Below are positions 35,101-50,100 of a stretch of DNA of 64,000 nucleotides, piece by piece (within the stretch, counting starts at the first letter, position 1; each line of letters starts with the position of its first letter). Source of the DNA: Haliotis cracherodii. Lineage: Eukaryota. Position numbers and translations under genes: made by a program. The stretch covers positions 68,138,001 to 68,202,000 of the forward strand of contig NW_027266264.1 of the NCBI RefSeq assembly GCF_022045235.1, in the 5' to 3' direction. The notes below the pieces were generated by a model that saw only the letters and a program-made list of their open reading frames with translations, did not search any database and had not been told where the DNA came from.

Positions 35101-38100
35101 CGGTATAGGTAATAAATAGATACACGTCCCTGACATTGAACGTCTGAATACAGAATGGGCTACTTTCGTATTAATGGTGGGCATTAGGTCTGTGAGCTAA
35201 TCACTCAATATACGGGCTAGTTGCATGGGACACAAGGCATGTGTCAAATATAAACTGCTGGCGATATGAGACTATAATCAATTATTACAAGCAGATTTTG
35301 TACTTGTATCTCAGCAGTGTGTGTCCAGTATTGCACAAAGAGCGTAAGAATGAACCGTCTACAGGAAAGTATGGACTGAAAACATCTATGGTCGAGGGTA
35401 GTAAAGTTGCACACTGTAGTCTCCTGATCATGAAATAACTCTAAAAAGTTGAAAATAGAAATGTGATATTAAAAATAGAACCAAATAAGATCGTTGTTCC
35501 CTGACACACAACATACAAGGCTATGAAAAGAGTATCCACCAATCAAAACATGTGGGATTCTCAATACATTGTACTCTGTCACATGAATAGAAACAGAATT
35601 CACACAAAATGGAATCGACACGTTTATGGAGACAAATCATTGTATTCTTATAACTTAATTCTACTACTACGCCCTGATACCATGAAATAGTTAACGAAGC
35701 TACTTACTGATGACGTTGAGACAACCGTTGGAAAACACGGAGCCGATGTCGTTGGTGATCTGGCACTGGAAACACATGATGTCATCAGGTTTTGTCGGCT
35801 GAGTCACTGTCAGGACTCGACCTTCGTCCCTGAAGATGATATTACCTGCGGAACGACAGGGACAAACAGTCAGTTGTCTGAGGCATTGTAGTGATATCAG
35901 CATGAGGGTTTATGAGGTGGTCGTAGGTCACCTTCTCAGGTTCTTGTGCATTGTCAGTGTGAATAAAAAACCACCGAGACTCATCCTCTACAGCTATTAT
36001 GCTTACACAATACATAAGAATGACGTTCAATTCTACGAAGATCCGATATAAAATTGCTCTTCAGCAACCCATGCTTGTCGTAAGATGCGATTAACGGGTT
36101 CGGTCGACCAGGCATCGTATCCCAATTGCGTAGATCGATGCTCATAATGTCAGTCCCTGGGTGGTCTGGTCCAGATTCAATTAATTACAAACCGCTGTCA
36201 TGTAAGCTGGAATATTGCTGAGTGCGGCGTTAAACAAAAAAGGAGATTCGGATTTTGTCAAATAAAGCTGATACTTTAGAAATACTAGGATACTATTGGT
36301 TATGATGCATTTAATTGCATGTTAAGCAAAAACATACCATATATGAAACGTCAAAGCTACATTCTGACTGAATAAAGGGGACGCCACTCGTACGGGCGGA
36401 AGAAATTCTTGTTACTTTTTGAATTAGAAAAGGACCCTTACATACATGTATGTTTGATGAAATATTTGTTTTACGCTAATGTCAGACGAATATACGATAT
36501 AAAAAAACCAGTCTGAGATATAATCTGGCGATGGGATGCGACATAGTAGTTTCAAGATGATTTCATACATCATTGTATGCCGTTTTTAAATAATCGTTGG
36601 TTTAGAATTATACAATTAAATTTCCGTTGTGTTCATTGAAATTCCTGTTTTCTGATTAGATGAATTGGTCACGCGTTATTGCATTCATTTCCCAATGAAT
36701 GTAAAAAATTAAGCCACGCCCACCGAGGCGCACTGCTTTTATTACTTCGGAATGTCGGGGAGTCCCAATATTACAGTCGAGGGAATTCCCTTTCTGCTCA
36801 CGGGTATCGTCATGCACAGGATATTTAGCGACTTTCATGCATATTCATTGTCCAAACAAACCTTTGAAACCGAAGGCCGAGAATGAATGAAACAGCAAAC
36901 GTGCAAGCTCGCTCGCCTGTTTTTTTTTTGCTCGCCCCGGTTCAATTTTCATGTCTTCGGGTTTCATTTCTCACTAGCATTTTTCCAACTGTGTTTACCG
37001 TAATCAGGGAAGTAATGTTTGAACATGGCGGTAACTGACTGTTTCATTTGAAACAGCCGCCTTCTCTCGGACATATTTCTTCCGGTTCGTTAGTCTGACT
37101 GTTGCAGTTCTTTTCGCCTCTTGTCTTAATTGAGGGGTCAAATGAACATCGTTTTGATCCTGCTCTCCGTTGATTAGCTACTGACTGTGTAGGCGTGTCA
37201 AGTTATGTGCATAAATTAAACGATCACCTGGTTCATTCACGCCACAGTATGTATTCCTACACCCGGAATGTTAATCAATCTCGAATTTTTTGTCTGTTTT
37301 GATGTATACAATTGTTTTTGGTTAAACTATTGTAGATAAAACATGTTTTATGTTGCCGAATTTAATTATAAGCATTGACTGGGTAATTTGTTCGAAAAAA
37401 AATACATAGTCAATCCTTTAATAAGATAATAAATAATCATTTCACGTTCATGTCTTATGATCTAAATTTGATTAACTTTCGTCGATATAAGGAATCCATT
37501 GTTTAAAAGAATGTTGTATGTAAACTGTACTTTAAAAGTATTTTATTTATTTTTTATAACAGCCGCGCCATACAAACACATGTCCACACCCACGCCAAAA
37601 CGATTTATTGTATGAAGAATGTAATATATAAATTAATCAAACGAGAATAGGACAGTCACAACTAACATCCCACTCAACAGCACATCAATTTTCCAGAATA
37701 TGCATGCGTTGTTTCCTCTGCACCAACTGATCTTATTTACTAAGTTTATGTCATGCTTTAAATAGAATATACGTCCTGTTGCATGGTTGTTCTATTAGAG
37801 TTTCATCTAATCAGTTTCACATTAAAATGTATGTACAGTAAACTACGGTTATAATGAACACGCTTATAACGAACTGACGGATATAACGACCTTACTTTTT
37901 GGTCCCGACTACTTGCTGTAGTCATGCTGTATATGTACTTATAACGAACTACGGTTATAACGAACCGTAGTTAACTGTATGTTTAAAGACATGTACTCTG
38001 ACTTCTACGTTACATATGAAACAATGAAAACGTCAGAGTTCTGGTCATGTCGCTCATCTTGTATTTGATTGCCTTGAGTTCAGTTCACCAAACTAAGTGA

Positions 38101-41100
38101 ACCCCTTTTTCCTGCGGTTTTATTCAACACTCTATTGCATGCTTAGTTTTTTCTGTATATATTTTTCACGACACCTTATCCTCTCTACTATGAACATATC
38201 ATTATACCTTGTCATTAACTGCTTTGGTGGATAGTACCTTATGTTCATTGACAGTTATTTCACAGGATATTTACCTGTTGTTTTTTGTATTCTCTCCCAA
38301 TTCTTGTACCACACCGGTGGTTCCAAGGCTTTCTCGTTGATAGCTGGTCGGGCCTTGCAGGTGAAGGAAGCGTCTCTACCCTCCGGTACGGTCAGGTTAG
38401 TGATGGCTTTTTCCCATATAGGACCAGCTGCAACATGTTTCAACACCAGCAAACTCAAAAAAACTAGAACACCTACAGCAATATTGAACCATACACATCA
38501 AAATGTCACCACTAAAAGTATATGATCTTGAATTCAATGCACTCATGTATATAGGAATTATAACATTATATAATTATATAATAATTAACTTCACTGATCA
38601 GAGATATAAAATCTTTGAAATCACCATATGTATGACACATGGCCCAACTTTGACCATATTTGGCTGAAACTTGACATTCTATTTGTTGAAGTCGTTCCAT
38701 CACTTAACAAAAGGTACTTTTCACTATCTTGACATCATATCCTTTTACGCCACTCTTAAGATGAACATATGTTGTGATTGTTATGTTGCTAATGAGGTGA
38801 CAGAACTGAATGAAATTAGAATAGATTGGCAATATGTAACTTTATAATGATTGTCATACTGAAAAAAACAAGAACAAAACAAGGAATACATTTTACGTCA
38901 AGGAAGATGGTCGACTCAGCTTCACCAAGAGTATTCTCCCCCTTGCATCTGTACAGGCCTTCATCTTTCTCTGTTAGCTTAGCGATCTTCAGTTTCATGT
39001 TGTGTTTATCCATTTGGTATCTCCCTCCTGGATTGATGGGCTCATTCCTTATGTTAAACCATTGGATCGATGGTAGGGGACTTCAATGATAAATGAACAT
39101 GTATTAATTAACCAATGGTACCACGTGTAAACCATCACAGGCATCAAGTGAGAGAAAATAATCACATGAAAGCATACCGAAATCAGTCTGTAACGAAAAG
39201 CAATACGAGAAACACGCCCNNNNNNNNNNNNNNNNNNNNNNNNNNNNNNNNNNNNNNNNNNNNNNNNNNNNNNNNNNNNNNNNNNNNNNNNNNNNNNNNN
39301 NNNNNNNNNNNNNNNNNNNNNNNNNNNNNNNNNNNNNNNNNNNNNNNNNNNNNNNNNNNNNNNNNNNNNNNNNNNNNNNNNNTAGATAACAACGAACACA
39401 GGAAAACACTCAAATATCAACCGAATGAACTGGTTCACTACCGGCTTGAGAAAATGTTATAGCAATCTCAAAGAATGAGAATTATTACTGTCGTCATGAT
39501 TGCATGTTATTATTACATATGCCTAAACCCTAACTTCTTTGAGAGGCATCGATCAACCGCGATCAAGACTATAACATACCCCCTGCTTAAAATGATAGTC
39601 AACTCACCAAAGACTCAAATCAGGTATAATCCGCTTGTTTTTACAACTGACTGTTAGGGTTTTTACCTTGTATCACCCGCATTGTGTACATAACAGGCCT
39701 CTCCAGTCTATTGTAACTACCCCCAATCTACTCAACTGTATAAACTCGGCCTTGTATATATGCTTGTAATAGGGCCATTTAGATTGTGCATATTTACATA
39801 CCACTCAGGGGCATGCTGAAAGCGATACTATTACCCCGGATCAGTATGCACTCAAGAATCATTCTCAGCTCCCTAAGTAGTATACAACCCAAGCTGCCTG
39901 TCTGGCGCTAGAAGGTTAAAAACATCTCATCCTACCGGATACCCATTCACTGCTGGGTGAACTGAGGCACATTTTGAACAAAGCCATTTGTCCAAGGAGA
40001 CGCCACATGTGTTATATGTGCTTCGGTTCAGGGCAGGACCGAAGCCCTGGAAACCCTCAGGAGCCAAGCTGCCGAAACGCGGTAACCCATCTAAGGACTC
40101 TCCGCGACTGACGTGGCTTACTTTCACCTGAAGTGCACAGGACCACGTGTCACGAGTATGCTTGTCAAGCATAGTCTGTATATTTCTTGCTTGATAACAG
40201 TGTTAGAACCTACACCGAAACGTCGCTCCTAATTGTAGTAAAGAATTTGTTCATCCATATATCTTATTCTTACCTATACCAAAGCTCGGTAGGAGAGTCG
40301 ACACTGGGGTTTTCCAACATCGATACATTTTATAAAGAACAACAGCGTGTTATGTAAAAGGACCATGGTAAAACCAGATTTAAGCTAGGGATAGCATTAT
40401 TATCTCCTTTAGGGATCAGTTAAGGTGAGGTGAAATGGGGTTTAACGTCGCGTCCAAGATTGTTGCACCTATATAGCGACGTGCATGAACGTGTGTGTGA
40501 CACAGTATACTGACTCCGAGCCGACTAGTTCTTGTTTTAGCCCCTTAACGCCGAGGGGCAGACAGGGTAGCAACAAGTACCATCTTTTAACGTCTTTTGG
40601 TATGACGCGGCCGGGGATCGAACCCCGGACCTTCCGCTCTCCGGTCGGACGCTCTCAGACTTGACCTCGGAGGCGGTCCTGAGAGCAGTCTAAGAACAGA
40701 CATGCAGAATAGAAGTTCAATGATATTATTGGATAAGGTAATTTCAGAATCGAAGTCCTTGTGGCCCAGAGTACAGTTGAATATCATATCATCTCTGCAC
40801 ATACATTAACAATTATGGAGATGCACTCCTTTTCAGAAGGTAGCAATTGTTTTGAAGGTACATGTAAAAAGTTGATAGTTAATACCTATTTCATTCTCAC
40901 GGAAATAATGGGACACAAGTTATGACAACTTAGATCGCCCTCTCCCATAGATTTACACGTGTTTTTATATATAATTAGCACATTAAAAGACAAGACGGAA
41001 AGACGAGGAATAGATAATTGTATTAACATGGTTCACTCAAACCTTTTTGTTTCTTTATACATGTATGCAAATTCCTAAACATGTTTTCCTTGACACGATT

Positions 41101-44100
41101 AGGTAAAGCTGCATCGTCAACTATCATCTAGTCAATATGCACATAACAGGTCTCTTTCACAACGAACAATAGTGATTGGAAAAATGGATATTCAATGAAA
41201 TTTTTTATATGAATTGCCTCTTAAGGGCGAGGATGTCGCTAAATATATGTCAGCGATTCTCCAAACAAGTGAGCAGAAGCGTAATGTCGCATCGGCAAAA
41301 TGTCGACGGGTCTCAATGATACACTTGTTTAACTAATGGGGCATGAGGTTTTCCATTGACAAACAGTCTTTGCAATCTAAACATAAAATCGGTTTTATGT
41401 CAAAGCATATGAGTGAGTGAGTATGGTTTTACGCCGCTTTTAGCAATATCCCAGCAATATCACGGCGGGGGACACCGGAAAAGGGCTTCACACATTGTAC
41501 CCATGTCAGGAATCGAACCCGGGTCTTCGACATGACGAGCGAACCCTTCAACCACTAGGCTACCTGACCGCCCCTCAAAGCAAATGAAGCCTTTAGAGAC
41601 ATGAGCGCACCTTAATAATATATTTCCAAGAAAACCTTGCAAAGAAAAGGTAAAACACGAGCTAAGAAATAATGAATGCATAGTAACACACTTCACTTGG
41701 TAATTTTCAGTCATGTAAAAGGAAACTTGAAAAGTAACATACTCTATCCACATTACCAAGAAGCCTCGCGTCGCTTTTATTCTGATCACTGCAAACATTC
41801 ACGCATTTCAAGTCAGGACAAATACTGCTACTCACTATCCGCTGAAAACACACTCCAGCTCTGCCGTTTGACCAATTTGGAATTCCGCAGGGCTGGTTTT
41901 AAACTGGATCCTAGGCTTCCTTTCTGGTTTAACTGACAAAGAGAGGTGACAAGAAAATACCATTACTTTGAAAACACCTGCAAGATGGAGGAACAGAAGT
42001 CATGGGTGATAATATGTGAAGTTGGTTCATATCTGTTAATGAATTACCACTAACTAAACGTGAAAATAACTTAATTAAGTAACCCACAGTGACATTTTTT
42101 TCTAATTAATCAAGATGATATTCATGTATTACATGTCTATGTAACTCTGATGCTAGAACATATGTGAGTGGTGGTAAAGGATGTTTTGTTTGTTGTTCTT
42201 TGTAGTAATACTCCAGCTATAATACGACGACCTTTAAATGACCGTGTCTTGTTCACACAAACCAGTGGTTGATAGCATGATCAAAGTCAATGGGGAACGA
42301 TGACACACATTCAACCAAGTCACCGAGCCTGACCCCCTGATTAATATATCTTCCGACAAACATAGGTTACTAAGGAAATTCTTACCCCTGAATCACTACG
42401 ACTTTTGAAAAGATATGCAACATAGCGTTACCAGTGACTTCTCTAACTGTTAGTCTCTTGGCATTGCCAAGCTTAATGTAGTCCTGAACTTTGTTATAGA
42501 TGGCACAGTTATACACGTCATCGCCACTCGTCTTGTCACTTGGCTCCACGTAGATGAAATGTAGAGTACCTTCAATGAACACATCATCATACAGTGCCTT
42601 GCTTTCACTTCAAAAATAAAGCTGACGTTGAGTCAGTACAAACGTTCTGATAATTTGTAATCTCTTACAAAAGAGCATTTCCAAGGTCATGATAGGACCG
42701 CTCTGTAACAATGAATACATCTGAAATGTGGAATGTACTTCCGCAATATTTCATGCCGATCGAAAACTTTGCCTTTTAGATGATCATACGGCACCCTTAT
42801 TGATTTCTGGATTTAATGAGGTTAAATTCACGTAGCCCCAAATAAGAAGAAACAGAACGAGACATATATACCTCTCTCGTCAATGTAGGTTCTGTTACTT
42901 TCTGGATTTAATGAGGTTAAATTCAAGTAACCCGATATTAGAAGAAACAGAACGAGACATATATACCTCTCTCGTCAATGTAGGTTCTGTTACTTTCTGG
43001 ATTTAATGAGGTTAAATTCAAGTAACCCGATATTAGAAGAAACAGAACGAGACATATATACCTCTCTCGTCAATGTAGGTTCTGTTACTTTCTCGCAACT
43101 GATCAGCATCTTTTGATGATTTCAGAAACCAGCTGAATGGAAGTTTTGGGTCACCGTGGGTGACATTATTACATTCCAGTTTGGCGTATTCCCCCTCTGA
43201 CGCAATGATGTGTTCAATTTGGCCGCTTTTAGTCCAACCAGTAGCATGTCCTTAAATATACAGACAACAGATGTGTTTGATATTTTTAAATAGGGACAGG
43301 TACTTTCGTATGTTCTAACAAAAAATCCTCTTCCACTGCTTATTGTTCTTCAATATCACACCCGTAGTTCTCCTCAGGTGTATAGAAATTAAATTTTTGT
43401 TTGTTTTTTGTGTGCAAAAACATCTCGATATAAATACACTATGCCTTTTGTTTAATATTAGTTAACCACAATGTTGCTTTCCTCAAACTAATCCTGTTTT
43501 GTTGTTGATTCACTTCTACCCGTATCCTAACCAGCAAACCAAATACCTTGAAAAGGATAGACACTGTCAGTTATTTTGGCTTTGTGATGATTCCGGTCAA
43601 ATGCTAATATATAATATCTGAATAGAGGCAGGCAGCTACTTATGTATGGTGTACAATGCAGAAGCAGAATACACGCATGATCTGACCTATCCAGCGTAGG
43701 GCAGCCTGGCAATGAATAGTTTAATAATGAAGTGATGCTGCACAACAGGCCAAACTAAAAGATATATATCTTCCCGCCAGGACCCCTGTGCACAGTTGTG
43801 CTCAACTCACTGATTTCTTTCAGGCTGATAGCGGGTGACATGGCTAATGGTGATACCCCTTGGCTGATGTTGTTTGTCGCCCCACATCGGTAGTCCCCCG
43901 CCTCCCTGCCTGAAAAGTCGGGTATTTCCAGTGCACCAGTGTCAGCATCTACTTTCTGGTACTGATTTGACGAAATTTCTGTACCATTCCTGTACCATGT
44001 ATATCTGAAATAAGGAATTGGAATACCTAGTGCATGCACAAAGTAATAATCACCGAAGGACCATCTGCCCGACTACATTGTTTGGTGATGTGCTGAATGA

Positions 44101-47100
44101 AAAGCAAGACACAGAACCTTGAACAAGGACGAGTTCTTTTGGAGCAACAACTTCTACAGTTGAGACTTCCTTTTAAAGTAGATTCTAACACCTTCATTTA
44201 GCAATATACCAGAACATAAACCGAAACTGCAACATTCCACTCAAAGGAGGTACATAGAGCCGTATCTAATGTTGCCTAAAGGGGCCATTACACCAAACGG
44301 CGATCGCTCTGCGATCCTTCTGCGTCCTAAAATTTGACTAGAGCGCAGTGGGGTCGCCATACTCAAGAAAACTCTCTTTTAGTGTAATCGCTCCTACGAC
44401 CGTTCTGCCTTCCTTCTGCGACTAAATATGTTACTTTTGTCAATGTCACTGCGTTCCCTGAACGACCTAGGCGTTCACTGTGCGATATCTCTGCGCTCCC
44501 TCTGCGTCTCCTCTTCGTTCTCTCTGCGTTCCCTCTGCCTCCCTTTTGCGCTCTACGTGACCGTTCTGCGACCCCTCTGCCTTCAACGCCGACCTGGCAA
44601 AACTTAAGAACGCAGAACGGTCGCAGAAAGGTCGCCGTCCGGTGTAATGGGGGTATAAGCTACAATACCAGACATATCGTTGCTTGTCGGTAAAAAAGAA
44701 TTTACAAGCATATGCATGTAGAGTTATAGTCATGGATGGTTCGAAGATACTGTAGCGTGCTTACATAAAAGTGCATCTTCCCTTGTAGAATGGAAAATGT
44801 TAGTTTGAAGATGTGGCCTGCATATATGCATCACTATAACAAACCTAGAGACTACGCAGTGTCGTTAGCTTCTTTTGCTGAGGCTTGTCCCAATAAAGTC
44901 AACGTCTTTCTCAACTACATCTCCTGACCTTACCATATAACTGTTATAACCAGTCATCTCCTTCTGATTTATATGGCTTTATCCAGGTATATCAACCACC
45001 TAGGTCTTCCGTGACCAACTCGTCGGGACAAGCCGAACGTAGACCCCTCTCTATGGTTTCGATATTGTCGTATGAACTACTTTAAGCAAGAACGATAACT
45101 CTTATTCTACCCGTACCTTAAATACAGCAGCACTCACTTATTCCTCTGGTAAAAGTATTGAATCTCTCTGATATAAAATTAAAAAATTTCTTTAGAACAA
45201 AAGTATATTTGGCAAGCCATTCAACTCAATCATTCTCAACTGTTGATCTTTTATTTGCAAATTAGTAATTAGTAACAAGGAATTTCTCAGACATATTCAG
45301 TTAAATGTGGCAAATTTGAAATCGTCTTTTCAAAGCTTGAAAGTGCAATTTCAAAACTCATTACTTCAGAACTAAATCTGTCCTTTCATGGACAGTGTTA
45401 ACAAATAGTACGCATATTGTCTATGAATTAATTACAATATAATTATGACGGAATTCCATATCCACCATGTCTAGAGATGACGAGAAGTATTTCTAAACAT
45501 ATATCGACAGCGTAGTGAGACCATGTTGGTTTTCAAACCCCGTGAGGGTTCCCAAGTAGCCTATGCCTGTCGTGAGAGGCGTCTTAATGGATAGGGTGAT
45601 CACACTCGATACCTTAGTTGATAGCGTACCATCGCACCTCGACCGTATTGATCGTTGCTTCCAATATCAATTGCTGGTGAATGTCAGTGCAAGTTGTAGT
45701 ACATTCAATTTATACCCCAGAGCGATGTCTGACAAAGACATATTTATTGATAGTTAATATTCTACTATTAGAAATTTTAATATTTCTGTACAATATACAT
45801 TTTATTAATCTGTATGAAAGTTGATATTCTAAAAAAGAATTCGCAAATGGCCCAAAATACTCGCAACACAATATAACATAATTAGAGTTTTATAGGTACG
45901 TGAATAATTTGTTTTGAAAAAGGTGATTAGATAATTACTTTTACACTTTTTTCAAAGGGATATTACACGGAATGTCGTTCTGGAAAGTCAGGTCTAGTTG
46001 AAATGGACAGATATCGCAGTTAAGTGAGCCGTTTCCTGGATGTAAACAAAAGCACGTGTACATTTGAATTTATCATCCAACATAGCACTTCAAGTAACAA
46101 TATAAATTATATATACTCTCCGCCAAAAGAAACGCGAACCATAGAGAAGCAAGTACTTTAAGAAGAGAGGTGTCCAATGTATACTACTTAATGACAAAAG
46201 TAACAACCAGTCAAGTGTTACCACAGAGCGTCTTTCTACTTATCACAATATACTGCACGTGATTTCCAAACTTTTCACGCTAATCTTGCACAAGACAAAT
46301 GGTGCATCTCGAGTCATGGATCTGTGACGTCACATATGATGCGTTCATGAGCGTCGATTCACACAACATAGTAGTATGTTCGTTTGTGCATCAAACCATT
46401 CTAATTATCTTCAAAATGAGTAATTCGTCATATATTACCCAACTTATATGGGATTCGCGTTTCTTTTGTCGGTGAGTATATGTATCACATTTCTGTTATC
46501 CGTATACAATGCGGTGTGGAACCGACAATCTACAATTTCCTGCAGTTTTTAAACAAACACTTATTGCTAAAATTCTTTTATGGACTATATTGATTATATT
46601 ATATTTATCAAAGTACCAATATCCTGACACGCATTCTGATTGGCTTGCGCCGTTTCGACGAATGACGGCCTTCGAGATGGGGGACGAGCCTTGTAGGTTA
46701 CGGAAACATGCGAGTGGTGACGAATACCTCCTTTCTGCTGAGAAACAACTCCGTGGTATAGCAACGACATAACTGACAGGGTTTGGGCAGAGGCCATTTG
46801 TCTACAATGCAAAGAGCTTATATCATGCTGTGAAAACAGGTTTGGTTTATAAATAAACGAAACCGACAATAACGATATATGACGATAAAATTTCTCAAAC
46901 GACGGTAAAAGATTTGTTTAAATTTCGAGAAAGAGCATCCCGCATTACCATAGGTACTTTGGTTTTAGAACTAGAAAAGACTACTGGAGTTGCGCATGCG
47001 TCGATATTTCACTTGCTACACATGCGCACCTCTTTTCTATTCGTTGCGTTAGTAGATTAACCATGTCAGTCGATTTCCTTAAGTGCCGCCTACGCCATAC

Positions 47101-50100
47101 ATACACTTGTTTCTATAATGTCTCTACTCTGTTCGTTGTGTCAGTAAAGTCTTTAGGAGCCTTTTTATTTTCTTTCATTGTGTTTACTAACTCAAGTAAA
47201 CTAATAGCCATGTTAGTAGACAATCCCAAGCGCTTTGTTTCTGTAATTTCTCTACTTTGCTATCTTTGTCACTAAATTAATCACATTAAGGCTTGACGTT
47301 TAAAACCTTCAATCAGTTAACTCCAGGCCCAAATTACTTTCATTGTACGCGGTGGTCAAACCTTGTATTTTGGTTGATACAACTATAAGTGAAGACATAT
47401 AAAAGGGCAAACAATTTGGCAATAAAATAGTTAATGTTTTGTTGTATCTACGCTTTCACATAATTCAAACAAATTACTATTCTTTACATATATCTTATTA
47501 AAGTACACATTACACAGAATAATTGAATGCAGTATCTTAAATTGAAGTTGTTTTTAGTCCAGTGGTATTCCTCCTAGTATTTTCCAGTTATACTGATCTT
47601 CACCATGTATTTGTTATAAGGTCAAAAATGCATCTCAGAAACGAATGATAATAAATAGAACCATTATAGCTGCAATTAGGAATTGCATTAAATATAGTTC
47701 GTGACAGAACTTGTAGTTGGAAAGGAATCAATAGAGAAAAGACATTTTACATTTATCACAAGTGTATTCTGGACATTTCACATTTATCATTGGATTGGTC
47801 TCTGGCTATCGTCCATGAGTTAATGAAACAAATGGGGAATTACAAGGTATAATCCATTGGGAGCTTCGGAGCGAGTCACAGAATCAATAGAGAGATGAGC
47901 AATCAGGCACGTAGGCTTTTGGTATTTTTCCGATGGCGACACACATGAGTTCATGGTCAGATCTAAACTTGTAACGAATCAAATGGAGGTATTGAGACAT
48001 GTGACAAGGACAGGTCAGGCTCGAACACTATAAAATGATACCCTCAACATTAGGAGAGGGAAGCGCGGTTTGCAGTTGATCGAGTCGAATCCCGATCGTT
48101 CTAAGTTTCCCCCAGCTAGTGACGAGCCTGACCAGTCTGATCCTGTTCTGTATTGATAGATGGGCTGAGAGTAAGTAAAATTATGTGAGTATAAACTGGT
48201 GTTGCGTTTCTTTATTATGTGAGTATGAATGCTGATAGAGACAACTTGGAGTAAGGGTCATTATGCCAATCACTCCTTGACGGAGCCGAGCCGTGGTGGA
48301 CAAGGCGAGGGCAATGTCCTGGCTTAATTGACCACAAGGACCAGGAACGGCAATACATTTAGTAACTGTAGCAGGGTCGCACTGAACGCCCAAAAGCAGT
48401 TACGACATATTGATGTACAACAAGTATAAGATCATACCACTATTTCGATTTGGCTGGACAATAGGTAATAACGCTACAAACTATGGAAACATTGTATTAG
48501 TTACAAGTAATATGGGTTTTAAAATCGTGGAATCCTGATCTATTACAGATGCTAAAAAGAAGAAAATATGTGTACAGAGTGAACAGGAAGATAGAAGTGT
48601 GTCCAGTCATTTTGTAGTGCTTGTCTCGTGACAGTAGACAGCTTACTTCACAGAGTTGAAAACCTTGACCACAATCACTATGAGGTCCCGTTTCCCGGTC
48701 TTCAGCAACCCATTCTTGCCGTAAAAGGCGACTATGCTTGTCGTAAAAGGCGACTAACGGGATCGGGTGGTCAGGCTCGCTGACTTGGTTGATACATGTT
48801 ATAGATCCCAATTGCGTGGATCGATGCTCATGATATCAATCACTGGATTGTCTGGACTAGACTCGATTATTTACAGACCGCCGTCATATAGCTGGAATAT
48901 TGCTGAGTGCGGCGTTAAACAACAACCAATCTTAGGCATGTCGATATATTTAAGGATGTTTTGTTTGAGCTATAAATGATGTAAGTTTATGGTACAGAGC
49001 GAAACGGTATCGATAATATGATCTTCCGTCGACTGTGTCAGATTCACTACCAATTACACAATATATTTACTGAAGTACCTGGGAGCGGGTTATGTAGTCT
49101 CACGAGCACCAGAATCTATAGCAACGCATGTGTCAGGCTTGTCAAAACGGATAAGAAGATACAGAAGGAAGCGTTTATTATCATGAAGTAAACAAAAACA
49201 CTGAAATGCTAAAAGTTATGTCAGGTATTAATCTGAAGTTAGTGGTGGTCCGAAAGGTGTTCATATATCGTCTAGTTATGGTTCACTCCCAGAATACCAG
49301 ATTTGCTTGGATTGAACATACAGCCTATCTGGTGAAGTGTCAGTTTGTACGTGAAATCTACGGTCAATAAACGTCGGATACAACATCCTTGTTTATATGT
49401 TACACGGACGTGAAAATTGTTTCTGTTGCAATAATTATAATTTTTTTCTTTCTCCTTGTCATGTTGAATTCACTTTAGAATATTCTAGTTTTGCTCCCAG
49501 CTTCCTCCCGACAACACATCCTACATTATGGAGGGACGGTGGGGTAGCCTAGTGGTTAAAGCGTTCACTCGTCACGCCGAAGACCAGGGTTCGATTTCCG
49601 ACATGGGTACAATGTGTGAAGCCCATTTCTGGTGTCCCCCGCCGTGATATTGCTGGAATAATGCTCAAAGCGGCGTAAAACCATACTCACTCCTACATTA
49701 TTGATTTGTATAATTTATTTTTGTATTTGAAATATATAACAATGATACTTTAGCCTAACTTCTTGTTGTTTTTCGGTGGTTCAATGCCCTGGACGCGTCA
49801 TTCTGGTAGTTGCTGTTGCTCTCCCTGGCGCTGGGCAGTGAGGGGATAAAACAAGGTCCCGTCGGGTCGTAGTCAGATGTAATGTGTGTGGGCCAACACT
49901 ATAGAGTGATTGAGTATGGTTTTACGCCGCTTTTAGCAATATTCCAGCAATATCTTACGGCGGGGGAGACTAGAAATGGGCTTCACACATTGTACCCCTG
50001 TCGGGAATCGAACCCGGGTCTTCGGCGTGACGAGCGAACGCTTTAACCACAAGGCTACCCGACCGCCCCCAACACTATAGAACTGACAAGTACGAAGTCC

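Noticed and set aside
36373-37421. Kolobok-like non-autonomous element or CpG-rich promoter
   Set aside because: The termini match over only a few bases and the TTAA TSD is imperfect, so it cannot be supported without a repeat library.
39049-39462. ORFs with X runs
   Set aside because: They span the assembly gap.
48270-48340. 18S rRNA-like words (TTGACGGA...GGCTTAATTGAC)
   Set aside because: Only two short words match; the intervening and flanking sequence does not resemble rRNA.
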